Shown here: in pieces, positions 1-12,241 of the stretch
How the letters are laid out: the number at the start of each line of letters is the position of its first letter
Position numbering within the stretch: the stretch's first letter is position 1
NCBI GenBank assembly: GCA_043228905.1
Contig: JBHGNT010000022.1
Span: 3,410,001-3,474,000 of the forward strand
From: Azolla caroliniana
Lineage: Eukaryota; Plantae; Polypodiophyta
Reading direction: 5' to 3'
DNA length: 64,000 bases
The notes under the pieces: model-generated
Told to the model about the DNA's origin: nothing
What the model saw: the letters and a program-made list of their open reading frames with translations, nothing else
The model's database searches: none
Position numbers and translations under genes: made by a program

Positions 1-1156
1 AAGAAAGCCAGATCAAATCCAGGCCAACATCAGCCCCACTTCTTCCAGAACTCGAGTCCATCAGTATTTTCTATGAGAAAGTGTGTTTATTTGTCAACAA
101 TCAGAGGGATGATGATCCACTGATGGAAGTTCTTGTCCATCACATAAAAGAGTATATTCTTTGACATATCGAGAAAGTCTATATACATGATTATTTCATG
201 CCACCCATCTATGCGTCTCATCATGCACAGCATTATATACATTGTGTGAGATTACTGTCTAAATTAGAAAGTGTTTGATGTGCAGGCTTCTGGAGAGTGG
301 CTTGAAATTGCAAAAGGAGCTACTCGCTCGCTTGTGTAACTATATGGGTCACTTACCTGGTAAGTTGTGAGGGTTTGTTGATTGTGTGATCTCAGGGGAT
401 GTGTTGAACTGACACAAGAGTTGCATTTGGCTACATCTCATGCTAATTGTTAATACTACCTTTTCCACATTGTTGCCTAAATATCCATTTCATCCTGATC
501 TCTCATACTGTAGTTTTGTGTTGCTGTTGCAACATATTACTCATTATAAGATGAAATATATCTCATCTTATTTTTATTTAAATTCATAATTGCTACCTTT
601 AATCTCCTCATAGTGTTGTTCCTAATATTCGATTCTCCATGACTATGCAAATGTCAAACTATAAAATTGAGGTCTCGGGGTCCTATTTACAGGATATGGC
701 TCTAACTAAGGGTGCATTCACATGTTCAAGTTCAAATCCTTTTTTAAGGGCCTTGGTCATAGGCCCCAAACTCTGCAGGCCGCCCCCACCAGGAAGTATA
801 CCAACATAATGCTGAATGCTGATGAGGGAGGGTTACTTCCCTCAGGGCCTCAGGCATTAGCTGTGATAATAGTCTGGTCAGCTTTGTGTGTGAGTTTGTG
901 CAAACACACAAATAGCAATCCACCAGTCTGTGATTAAGTTTCTGAAAACACCACCGAGTTCGAACCAACAACCTGTGAGTTTTCAAGTCAAAAGGTTTTC
1001 CCCTAGGTTGTTGCATTGGATGTAATGCCATGATTTCTTTCGTCTTTTTTCTTCTGTTTTGTCTTTTTGTCTCAACATTTCCTTACCAAAGAAACATACT
1101 TTCTGGCTGATGTTTTCTTTATGCAAATGCAGAGAATGTTATTTGCACCGGGAGGA

Positions 1157-1420
1157 TGTCAAGTATAATGCCAATTCTTTATTTTATATGCAAGGAGTTA
1201 CGAGTCCCATCCACCGATTATTACATGCTTATTAGGAATTCCGGACTCGATCGATTTCAAGGGAATGGAAAGAACCTCACAAGCATTACAACCAATTAAG
1301 AGTCTTCCATCTCTTTGTTGTCAACCCTTGGTCAAGGTATAATTAGTACACTTATTTAATCCAGGGATTCTATGAATCCAAGGTGCTAATGCTACATCAA
1401 ATACATCAAAGTTCCTGACA
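1157..1420 (+). mobile_element. Probable LTR (3' LTR or solo LTR) of an unidentified retroelement
   Basis: Begins TGTCA and ends TGACA (inverted termini), directly after a short purine run (GGGAGGA) resembling a PPT. No partner LTR seen in the window. Confidence 0.35.
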
Positions 1421-1531
1421 CAAAGACTTCTTCTAACCCCGAGTAAATTTGGTGAAACTGTACCGAGTGTTGATTTGAGGGCGAAGCAACAAAATATATT
1501 TAAGCTCTCTATTCTCCAAAGATACGGACAT

Positions 1532-1659
1532 GTCGGTCCTACTTATGCATCAATTGTAAATCTACATTATTGGTCTTAAAATATCAATGGTATAAGTCGG
1601 TCCTACTTATGCATCGATTGTAAATCTACATTATTGGTCGTAAAATATCAATTGTATAA
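1532..1659. repeat. Tandem duplication, 2 x ~64 bp
   Basis: GTCGGTCCTACTTATGCATC...AAAATATCAAT.GTATAA occurs twice head-to-tail. Confidence 0.85.
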
Positions 1660-2423
1660 ATCGATCCAATTTCTGTGTAAAGTTGTATCAAATGTTGTCT
1701 CGTAAATACACTCAATTCCCTTGCATTAACGAGAGGCTTCTTACACACACTTCACCTCAGCCACAACAGGCTATAGGTTTTTGGGACATATTTGTTTATT
1801 TACCACTTCTTTGAGAATTGCTTTTACTATAATCACATCTTTATTGCTTGCATTGAAATAATACTCTGAATAATAAATACCAGGATTATGTCTAGACGTT
1901 ATCGCCATGCACCACATAAAATTGTGAGTGGTGGAAAAATACCAAAAATATTATAATTACTCACAATTAATGGTGTGGTTAGTGTTTAGTGAATATTATA
2001 ATTACTCAAGACGTGAAGCAATGGGTTTAAGTCTTTCTCATTTGTCCCGGGTCAAAGTTCAATGATCGAATATGTCATGTATTTTCCATAGATTAGATTG
2101 AAGGCTTGTAAAATTGGGGATTTAGCTTTCTAGATCTAATAATTGCACGTGGCTTTATTGGTGGTAAATACAAAGAACCTTAATGTTTATATAGTTTATT
2201 ATAATGCATTGATGTTTTGCAAAGATTAAAAAATTATGGATACATAGAATTTACGCCGCTATCTTAAGGTTCTTTCATAGGTAGACCTTATAATCATGCA
2301 AAGCAAATGTGGGTAAGGTAAACCCGAGTTTGGTCATAAGTGAAACATCATAGCTTTTGACATGTTTTTTGTTTGTTATCGGGGCTTTTTGTCATAAGTA
2401 GATGCGTATGTATGTATATATGC

Positions 2424-3470
2424 ATGGCTCGTGTCTAACTGCTACCAAATGTTAAAAGAGGCCTAGAGAGGGAATCACAGCCATTGACGTTGCAAAGTGC
2501 GTAGGTGAGGGTGATTATGATTTGCATTGTCTAATATGGAAAAAAAGCTGACAATGTTTGTCACAAGGAGCTCGACTTTGACAACCTTTGTCACAGGAGC
2601 CCGACTATCTAACAACCTATGACACCAAGAGCCTGACCAACTCAAGGCAAACGAGCTTGACTAAAAAATAGGCATAAAAAACTACAACAAATTCTAAGTG
2701 TAAAACAAAAATTTGCCTTCAAAATGTTACATAAAAATTACTCTAAAAAATGCTAAAAGCCCAATTGCACAAAAGTTAAAAGTTAAAACTCAATAATCAC
2801 ACAAACTTATATCTTCAAGCTTCAAATAACAAATCAACTAAAAACTTAAAGCTTCAAATTACACTTACATTAAAGTTTAAAACTTCAAATGTCCAAAATA
2901 TCTAAAATCCAAGTCAAAAAACTTTAAATGCAATTTAAATACACACTTAAGCAGAGATTATGGCTCATGTGGGGATGATGACAAAATGCAACCATAATTT
3001 TTGCAACATATAATATTCAAGTTCTGTGAAGTCAAGGTCAATCCATCGCAACACAAACACCAAACCTTCTCAATTTCACATATTGGCAATTGCCTCTTAG
3101 CCTAACTTGCACCTCTCTGCAGTTTTTTGGTGTGGGATTTGGAAGTGTTTGGGGAGCTACCAATAATTTCTTGCGAGATGTTGACTGTTGCTCGTCTTAT
3201 CGCAGCAATTTGTTGTTGTTGACTAATGGATCCACCGTCATCTTCAATGGTTGATTTCATTGCACTTGCACGATACACCATCTCAGTCAGATCTTCCAAT
3301 GTCTGCATACATTCCAAAATAGTTGCACGGACGAAGGATTGTAACACTTGCCGGAGACTTTGAATAGTTTCCTTGGCTGTTTGTAATTTGAACTCCCATG
3401 ATTCCATCTCTAATATAGGCTTTGTCTCCTCAACTCATTCTACCTCTGCCTTCACTTCTATTTGTGTGAT
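2424..3470 (-). mobile_element. Inverted, diverged copy of the right end of the Mutator-like element (TIR, subterminal repeats and transposase C-terminus)
   Basis: 2424-2600 (TGGCTCGTGTCTAACTGCTACCAAAT...AAAAAGCTGACAA) matches the reverse complement of 25230-25363. ORF 3102-3407(-) (ISQEIIGSSPNTSKSH) and the following CLCCDGLTLTS...CCKN are paralogous to ORF 24200-24895. Confidence 0.85.
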
Positions 3471-4455
3471 ATGGTCCATTTTTATTTGGGCCGCGTGATC
3501 TATAAAAAGTCTATGAACGTCTTGGACATACTGGCCATCTATACGAAAAAGTTTCAATACAAAAAATTAGGGCAATCTTCAAATACCACAAGGATCTCTG
3601 ATCATTCAGGTTATCAAAATAGACAAACCAAGGATATTCAGAAATCATCAAATGCATGCAACAAGGATCTAAACCCTAAACCCAACCCTACCACGACCCT
3701 CATCCAATACAATCAACAAGGATCTAAACCCTATTCTAAACCTAGATGCAACCATCATCCAATGCATTCAAGTTATCAAAATGCATAAGCCAAGTATATT
3801 CATACAACATCAAATGCATGCAATCAATTTTCAATAACATTTTTACATTTACCCTACAAACCAAAAGTTTCATAGTTACTATTTCTGGACCACTCAAAAA
3901 AGTAAAAAACATTAAAATACATACCTCCCAACTTAGGTTTTGCTAATCGGATGCAGATGATGCAGGCGCTCATCGATGACAAGTGGTGGTCGAGGTAGAT
4001 TCTTCCCTCCTAAAACCTTGGTGCTCCGTTTGAAAAATAGATCAAAATGACAAGGAATAGGGTTTTTATCGACAAAAATAACGAGTAAGGCTCCTACCCC
4101 AGGAGAGTTGGGCTCCTAGGGCTCCCAATAAGGAAGTGAGTAGGGCTCCTCCCTTTAGCTAAGTTGGGCTCCTCGGGCTCCCCATAAAATTGACATACAT
4201 ACATACATACATATTGTGGTGTCCCTTTTGTGAAAATGCATGCCTTTTAACACACCACCCTTTTAGCACACCCTTTTAGAACACCCTTTTGGCACGCATG
4301 TAGCTAGGCCAACCCAAAATGGGCACCTTTGTATCTTTTATAAATTGAACGATAAGTAAGAAACTAAGTAAGCTAGTTTGGATTCCTTTTATGTGCATTT
4401 CACATATTAATTGTTGGAGAAGCGGAGTAAAATTTTAGCCACTACCACCTCGTTC

Positions 4456-7400
4456 ATGGCATCTCAATTCCGTCACGTCGCCTCCAAAGACGATACCCCT
4501 ATGCAGCCTGAGTTCCCGCAACCTCATGAACAACCACCCCCTTTCCAAATGGAGCAGCTCTTGCAAGTCCTCTCCAACGCCATGCTTCAAATCAGCCACA
4601 CGAATCAAGCTATGCTCTCCTTCCTCTCCGCTAACAACAACCACACTCAAGATCGGCCAGATTCCAAGGTCCGCCCGAAGTCCTTCTCCGGTTTGCCTTC
4701 TGAGGATGTCTTAGCCTGGTTGGACCACTTTGAGATGATCTCCAGTTACCATCGATGGTCTAATGAGTGTGAAGCTTTGGAAGTTCGTACCCTGCTCGAA
4801 AATGTTGTCGCCACCTGGTATGTACAATAATCAAGAGAAGTGATAGAGAACTGGGTGATCCTCCGGGATCTCCTCGTGAAAAACTTTGCCCATCAAAATT
4901 CAGCCTAAACGGCGGTGTGCAACAACTCGAAACGTTGCAACAGCAAGCACACAAACCCATGGGCAAATTTGGTGTTCGCCTCAATCAACTCCTTGTTTGT
5001 GCCAACCCTACCATGCCCAAGCATGTGAAGCTTTTCTTCTTATGGCCCCATTTGTTCCATGACATCACTCGCCACGCTCGAGACCAAGGTCCCAAGACAT
5101 TCAACGACGCCATCCTCATTGCCCAATGCATTGAAGCTTGTACGTTATCTGGCTCCCAACCACGTTGGCCCCATCCATCATCGACCGACCTGCGAGCCCA
5201 ATACCAGGGAGCAGCCCCCATGGACATTGATGTCCAAAACGTGCAGTTGCAGGCTTGCCACAACCTTCCCAATCGCAATGGCCAAGGGTGCTCGAAGTGT
5301 TTCTACTGCCACAATTATGGACACGTTCGACGTCACTTCCGGAAATTGCAACAACAGTCTCACAAACAACAAGTCCAGATAACCATGGTTGACGCGGAAT
5401 CGTTGGCTGAGCTTCTGGGAAACTGACTTCCGGGGTGCTGATGGAATAACTAGCCCCCCACATCCAAGCGTTTGCATCTTCCAGTTCGCAGGTATGCACC
5501 GCTCTCAACACCATCAATCACTCCACCCACACCTCCCAACCACGTTGGGCCCATCCATCATCGACCGACCTGCGAGCCCAGTACCAGGGAGCGGCCCCCA
5601 TGGACATTGATGTCCAAAACGTGCAGTTGCAGGCTCGCCGCAACCTTCCCAATCGCGATGGCCAAGGGTGCTCGAAGTGTTTCTATTGCCACAATTATGG
5701 ACACGTCCGACACCACTTCCGGAAATTGCAACAACAATCTCACAAACTACAAATCCAGATAACCATGGTTGACGCGGAATCGTTGGCTGAGCTTCTGGGA
5801 AACTGACTTCCGGGGTGCTGATGGAATAACTAGCCCCCCACATCCAAGCATCTGCATCTTCCAGTTCGTAGGTATGCACCGCTCTCGCCACCATCAATCA
5901 CTCCACCCACACCAGCTTATTAGACTCTAGTAGTAGTATCTCTTCCATTAGCACCGCCTTAGTTCACCAGTTAGGACTACCCACATCCACCGCTCCTTCC
6001 ATCCAAGTCCTTTTTGACGTTCACCAACATCTATATCACTCTCACACGCAAGACCACCGCGTCTTCACCTTAGGCATTCTCACACTCACACACCACTTTT
6101 ATGTCTTGCCCCACAAACTTTTCCCCCTCAACTTAGGTTGCGATTGGTTCCTCAAGCATCGCGATCTGATTGATTTTGATGCCCAAAAACTTCTTGTCCC
6201 ACATGCTCCCCTATCCCCCTCCTACACGATAGGTTCCTTGTCCCCCACCTTAGCCAAGTCTAGGTGGCCCTCAATCCACAGGAGCGATTGGTCTCCATCC
6301 GCCAATTATTAGCTTGTTTTCCATCACTAACCCTCCAACCCACGCATGCTCCTACTATCTCTTTCCAAGTACAACATGTCATTCGTACTGGGGAAGCCAC
6401 TCCGATCTGCATGGCTAGCTACTGACGTTCCCCCCTCGACCACGATTGCATCGATGTTTCCATCATCAACATGCTCGCCAAAGGTATTATCATTCCTTCC
6501 ACCAACGGTGGGGTTTCGAAACCCCACCTCATCAAGAAGGATGATGGCACCTTCCACTTTTGCATCGTCTTCAAGCCTCTCAACAAAGTGACTATCCATG
6601 ACCTCTACCCGCTCCCTCGCGTGAACAACCTCTTGGATCATCTCGGTGGCTCACGGTATTTCACCTCCCTTTACTTAGCCTCGAGATATTGGCAGATCCC
6701 CCTAAAGCCTTTTGACGCCCACAAGACCGCATTCTGCACATGCTGCGGGTTGTTCCAGTTCACTCGTATGCCGTCCGGCATGTCTGATGCGGGCAACACA
6801 TTCCAACACATGGCAAACTTCATCTTCGCCACCCTTATCAGCAAAGGTGTCCTCCTTGTTTATCTCGATGACATCCTTTTCCACACAGCCACTTGGGAGG
6901 ACCATCTACAACCTCTAGTTGAAGTTCTCGCTTGCATAACTAAGCATAACTTGAAACTCTAATGGAAGAAGTGTCGATGGGGAAGCACCGACCTCCATTT
7001 TCTTGGCTTCATCATCTATGGCGACGGAATCCGTATGGACCCTGCAAAGGTAGTTGCCATCACCGACTACCCCCGCCCCACCTCAATAAAATCATTGCAA
7101 TGTTTTTTGGGCATGATCACCTTTTCCCTTTGCTCCATCCCAAACCTCGCCTTGGTCCCTTTTCCCCTCCGTCAACTCTTGAAGAAAGATGTGTCATTCA
7201 TTTGGGATCCTGCTTACGAAGATAGCTTTTGTCACCTCAAAATCATGGTCCAGGAATTGGGGTTGCTCGCCCATCCTAACTTTGACCAGCCATTCACTTT
7301 GTAGACAGACACATCAAACCATGGGTTAGGAGCCATCCTCCTGCAAGCCAATTGCCACGGGCAAGAAAAGGCGGTCACCTTCATTAGCCGCACTCTCATG

Positions 7401-8746
7401 CCGGCTAAATGCAACTACTCAAACACCGAGAAGGAACTACTTGCGATCGTCTGGTCTTTCTAGTGTCTTCACCCATACTTTCATGGTGGACAGGCTACGG
7501 TTGAGACTGACCACCGGCCCTTGCTTTCTCTTATCCATCGACCTCACCCCCTAGGCCACTTGTTGCGATGGACGCTGGCACTCCAAGATTATCAGTTTCC
7601 CCTCTCCTATTGGAAAGGTGTAACCAATTTGGTCGCTGATAGTCTCTCTCGCATCAACTTCGAGGTGTCCAATTTCTCCTCGAAACATCCGATCTTCCAC
7701 TGCCATTGCCACAACTCGCTACACTTCAGCAACATGACCCCGCCATCCAAGAGATAACCCATCATTTGCACTTTGTGGTAACTTGGTGTTCTTCATTCAG
7801 GTGCATCACGAGCCTCTTCTCTACATCCCTCATGCCCTACAACAAACGTATCTCCAATTTTATCACGACCACCCATTGTCAGGCCATCTAGGTTTCCACA
7901 AGGTTCTCAAAAAATTATGCCTCAAGTATTACTAGCCCAACATGCGACACTCTATCTCTACCTACATCAAACAATGTGCTTTGTGTCAACACATCAAAAC
8001 TGTGGGTAAGCCCATTGGAACGCTCCAACCCATCACCGTCACGTTACCTTTCGAGCTTGTCAGATGGGATTTCATGGGAGCTTTTCCCGAAACCTCGAGG
8101 GGCAACAAGTATATCCTGGTCATAACAGAATACCTCACCAGATGGGCTGAAACTGTTGTCATTCCTGATGTCACTACGCCAACAATTGCCTCCCAACTTT
8201 TGCAGAAGGTAAATTTTCAGCATGGTTGCCATGTCCAACTCTTCTCTGATTTGGGCCGCCAGTTCCATGGGGATGTCCTCAATGTTGGTCCAACTCAACT
8301 AGGTGTCTAACAAGTGTTTACGTCCCCCTACCATCCGCAAGCAAATGGCCTCACCGAACGCCTCAACAAGACCCTCAAGCAGGAGATTGCCGCTTACATT
8401 GATCTATGCCAAAAATCTGGGGATCTAATCTTGCCTTTGGTCACCCACACATACAATACATCCGTACAGGCGCCAACATGGAACAACCCTTTTCGAGCAT
8501 TCTATGGCCACGACCCTCAACTATCTCCAGAATCGTCCATTGACATCCATTCCAAACCTGCCAACATTGATAGTGCCACTTGGGGGCTCTATCGCCAACA
8601 AATGCTCCCCCTCCTTCGACAAGCCAGTTCTCGAAATCTACAAGTCACAGAACAACACCAAAGCGGCACTATGACATGGGTCGAATTACCCCGACTTATG
8701 TTGATGGAACCAAAGTCCTTGTTTACTTCCCAGTCCGACGACGCGG
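4456..8746 (+). pseudogene. Disrupted gag-pol of the gypsy element
   Basis: ORF-track fragments 4411-4830, 4917-5426, 6471-6962, 7035-7304, 7521-7757, 7942-8310 and 8314-8754 carry gag, RT, RNase H and integrase motifs. Confidence 0.9.
5155..5913. repeat. Tandem duplication of ~380 bp spanning the gag zinc knuckle and gag/pol junction
   Basis: CCCAACCACGTTGG...CCACCCACACC occurs at ~5155-5534 and ~5535-5913. Both units encode MDIDVQNVQLQA...AELLGN*. Confidence 0.93.
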
Positions 8747-9483
8747 TGTCGTGAGAATTTTCGGCCATGGTGAGAAAACCCGAGCGGGAGGAATAAAACA
8801 AGATGTGCAACATTGCACATGAACTTAGGAAAATTGTAACATAGGAATAAAAGACAAATGTAAGGAGGAAAAGTAAGATGTAAAGGTATAAAGGTGATGT
8901 GCACTTTGTAGACTAGAGGGAGGCACATGAAGTATGGGTGTAGGGAGTAGTGGGCATTGGGTATGTCGGTGAGAGGAGTGGGAGTTAAGACCCATCAATC
9001 TCACCTCCTAAGATCAAGGTCAAATACTCTCCTTTGAAAGAAAGGGAATTTGACCACTCCTTTTTGTAATGTGCCTCACCCCTTACTACTATAAAAGGGA
9101 GTGAGGGGTCACCTTTGAAGGGCTTCCACTTTTTTGGGGTTTTTTTGGTTTGCCATTAGGGTTTCGGAATTTTGGGTTTTAGGATCTCGTTTTAGGGGTT
9201 TCATTCGTCTTCTTCTTTTTCTTTTCCCCTATCCGGTTAGGGTTTCATCTAGAGGGTTTACATTCGGCCTACGTGGCCATGGTTGTAATGCATGTGGTGT
9301 TTTTGTAATATAATCATTCGATGGATCTTGTTTTGTCTTGTCTCTAATCTTAATCCCTCGAATCTTGATCTTTCTCTTCCTTCTCGGTTGAACTCCCAAG
9401 CTTCTCACCCTTCTCTTATTCCCTAGTCCAAGACCCCCGTGGTCCCACCCCTTTTCAACACGTACTCGTGGATTTCTGCGACA
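8747..9483 (+). mobile_element. Solo LTR inserted in the gypsy integrase C-terminus
   Basis: TGTCG...CGACA termini, internal CTATAAAAG TATA box, and flanks GCGG/ACGG (4-bp TSD with 1 mismatch). Removing it restores VRRRGLSESQV. Confidence 0.8.
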
Positions 9484-9705
9484 ACGGTCTCAGCGAATCC
9501 CAAGTTACTCGTATCAAGCCCTATGCTACCCCAAGCCTATCTTCTAGCACCTCCTTTCCCCATGTCGTAAAACTCCTTGTTTTTCTCTAGGGGGGGGGGG
9601 ATTTGTCCCTTTCGTGCAAGTGCATGCCTTTTAACACACCACCCTTTTTAGCACACCACCCCTTTTAGCGCACCCTTTTCGCACACCCTTTTCGCACACA
9701 TGTAG

Positions 9706-10177
9706 TGTTACTGATTAGGAACACGGTCTACGGTCAGTCCTTCGACCTAGACCTCCAAGTGACTGTGTGACAACGAACGGTAGTGACTGTGTGACAACGA
9801 ACGGTAGTGTCTTTGCGTAATACGTAGGGGAATGTTCCCCGTAACCTAGCAGCGTATAAGGGAGACGGCTACAACCGAGCTCCTTAACAGTGGCTACACA
9901 CTCACCGTTGCTTACTTCTACACTCTCAGGTTTTACAGACACACAGTAGATTAGCCGTACCTATACACAGATATCAGAGAAGATAGAATTCTACTACGAT
10001 ACGCTTCTTTACATCCCAAAATTACACGCTCCCTCTATCAGAGGTTTTTTGCCCTTTATATACGCAAGGTCTTTTAGCTGTTCACGCTTCTCGCGTGAAC
10101 CGTTACATGCGTTACAATCTTATACTATTTCCTATTCTTGCGCTCTTGTCCGTCGGTTACTATTCCGGCAGACAACA
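9706..10177. mobile_element. Solo LTR inserted in the 3' LTR of the gypsy element
   Basis: TGTT...AACA termini with a perfect 5-bp TSD TGTAG (9701-9705 and 10178-10182). The uninterrupted 5' LTR reads CATGTAGCTAGGCC. Confidence 0.9.
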
Positions 10178-10524
10178 TGTAGCTAGGCCAACCCAAAATG
10201 GGCACCTTTGTATCTTCTATAAATTGAACGATAAGTAACAAGCTAAGCAAGTTGGTTTCGATTCCTTTTATGTGCATTTCACAGTACATACACACACACA
10301 CACATATCGTGGTGTCTAACTACTACAAAATATTAAAGAGGGCAAGTGAGGGAATCGTTGAGAGGGACGGTGCAGGTCGCTAGATGAGGGCGCGTGCGAT
10401 CTGCACCATCCAATGTGGCTGTGGAAAAGGCGCGAAAAAGCACGCCAATTAAAGAGGGAGCCCGTCTCATTAAAGAAGGGCTCCACTTTGTGAAAGGGAA
10501 CCCTTCTCATTAATTTTAGGGAAG

Positions 10525-10985
10525 TATAAAAACCCTTTTTCTGTCATTTTTTTTCCTGTTTGCAAACAAGAAGCGTGAGGTTGAGGGTTTAGGGTTTAGG
10601 GTTTTTGAGAGAGGTGCACCACTTGCTGTCTGCGAGCACCTGTTGCAGACATCTTCAGTGAGGCACAACACCTGTTGTCCGTGAGCACCTACAGTAGTTG
10701 GTCGGTAGGTATCATATTCCTTCTATTAGATTTAGATTTTTATTAGTTATCATATTCCTTCTATAAAAACCCTTTTTTCTGTCATTTTTTTCCTGTTTGC
10801 AAACAAGAAGCGTGAGGTTGAGGGTTTAGGGTTTTTGAGCAAGGCGCACCACTTGTTGTCTGCGAGCACCTGTTGCAGACATCTTCAGTGAGGCACAACA
10901 CCTGTTGTCCGCGAGCACCTGCAATAGTTAGTCGGTAGTTATCATATTCCTTCTATTAGGTTTAGGTTTTTATTAGGTATCATAT
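10525..10985. repeat. Tandem duplication, 2 x ~238 bp, containing GGGTTTA telomere-like units
   Basis: TATAAAAACCCTTTT...GAGGGTTTAGGG...ATCATATTCCTTCTATTAG is repeated at ~10525 and ~10762. Confidence 0.88.
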
Positions 10986-12241
10986 TACATCTATTAGGTT
11001 TCAAGGGAATGTATGTTACAAAAACATATAAACATTTTATAACCCAAAATTTGAATTAGTTAATGTTTAAATTAACAATGCTTGAATTTGCCCATCTACA
11101 TAAATGCCAACATTTGAATGTCATTTAAATGCCAACATTTGAATGCTTGAATTTGCCCATGTGATTCATGCATTATTGGGCTTTTTTATGCCCACATTTG
11201 AATGTCAAATCTCAAATCTTGTATACATTCTTTGCGTTTTGTCTCCCAAAATAATAGTAATGTAATGAATGCCTTACTAAAAAAAGTTGTGTGCTATGTA
11301 AGTCTACGTACGTATGTTTTAAGTTGGAAGTAAAACGTTGTGTCCATTATAGTATTCTAAATGATAAATGATAAATTCTTGCTAAATGAAATTAGGATTC
11401 TCCATGAAGACCAACTATTTGTCATGGACTCATGAACTATGGCTATTATTTAAAACATATCATTATTTCCTTCCTAACTAATGGGAAAGTAGCTTCATTT
11501 TGGAAAAAAAAAAAAACATATCATTATTATGGCTATCTCCCTTAATTTAGAATGTGCCCTCTATGTATATATATTACAAAAACTAAAATAAAAACTGCAA
11601 GTAGCATTCATGAATTTTAAATTATTGACATTGATATGTTAGAATTTGTTAAGATTGATTTATTTTTGAAATCATTGACAATTTTTGTCCATTCCAAAAT
11701 CCTTAACACTAATGTATTGTGTAGAAACAATAGGATAGACTCAAGTATTCTTGAATTTAAAGACAAACATATGGTAATGTTTTGGACTCTACCAATTACT
11801 AAGGAAACATTAAAGGCATTTATGTAAAAGTGAAAATCAAGCATAACATAAGAATATGCACATTTATTACAAGCCATGAACACATGAAACCCATATTATG
11901 GGTAACGAAAAATGTATATTGGTTCTAGGTAAACAAGTGTCAATATATAAGATCAACATATTCAGTCTTATAAATGAGGTTTAATCATGTTTACGATGCA
12001 TATAAGGCTCAAATACCCAATTGAGTGTACATTCACAAAAAAATGTGTGGCAGTACATTTGTGAGAAGATAGACAACTTTTGTATATGTCTCATGATTGC
12101 TTCAAATATGATTGTAGATCCATTGGTGGTTTTTGAAGATGGCATGTGTTTTGTACAGATGGCTAGTCGGTCCAAGACCTTCATAGACTTTGATGCGAAT
12201 TGGGGTGAAACAATACCCTATTGTTACCCTGAATCCGTCTA

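Larger units (their letters stand above)
4220..10283 (+). mobile_element. Degenerate Ty3/gypsy LTR retrotransposon with short (~185-200 bp) LTRs
   Basis: 5' LTR 4220-4404 and 3' LTR 9604-10283 (interrupted) share TGTCCCTTT...GCATTTCACA. A G-run PPT precedes 9604. Internal order is gag (CX2CX4H knuckle), protease (LLDS ~5917), RT (VYLDD), RNase H, integrase (YHPQANGLTER), with many stops and frameshifts. Confidence 0.92.

Noticed and set aside
1-1150. Exon-like pieces (e.g. ASGEWLEIAKGATRSL at ~286-360) and ORFs 722-937 and 744-1031
   Set aside because: They contain stops and no motif I recognise, so they cannot be assigned without a search.
10584-10604. GGGTTTA repeats as a telomere or interstitial telomere
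   Set aside because: Only 2-3 units, inside a transposon subterminal region.
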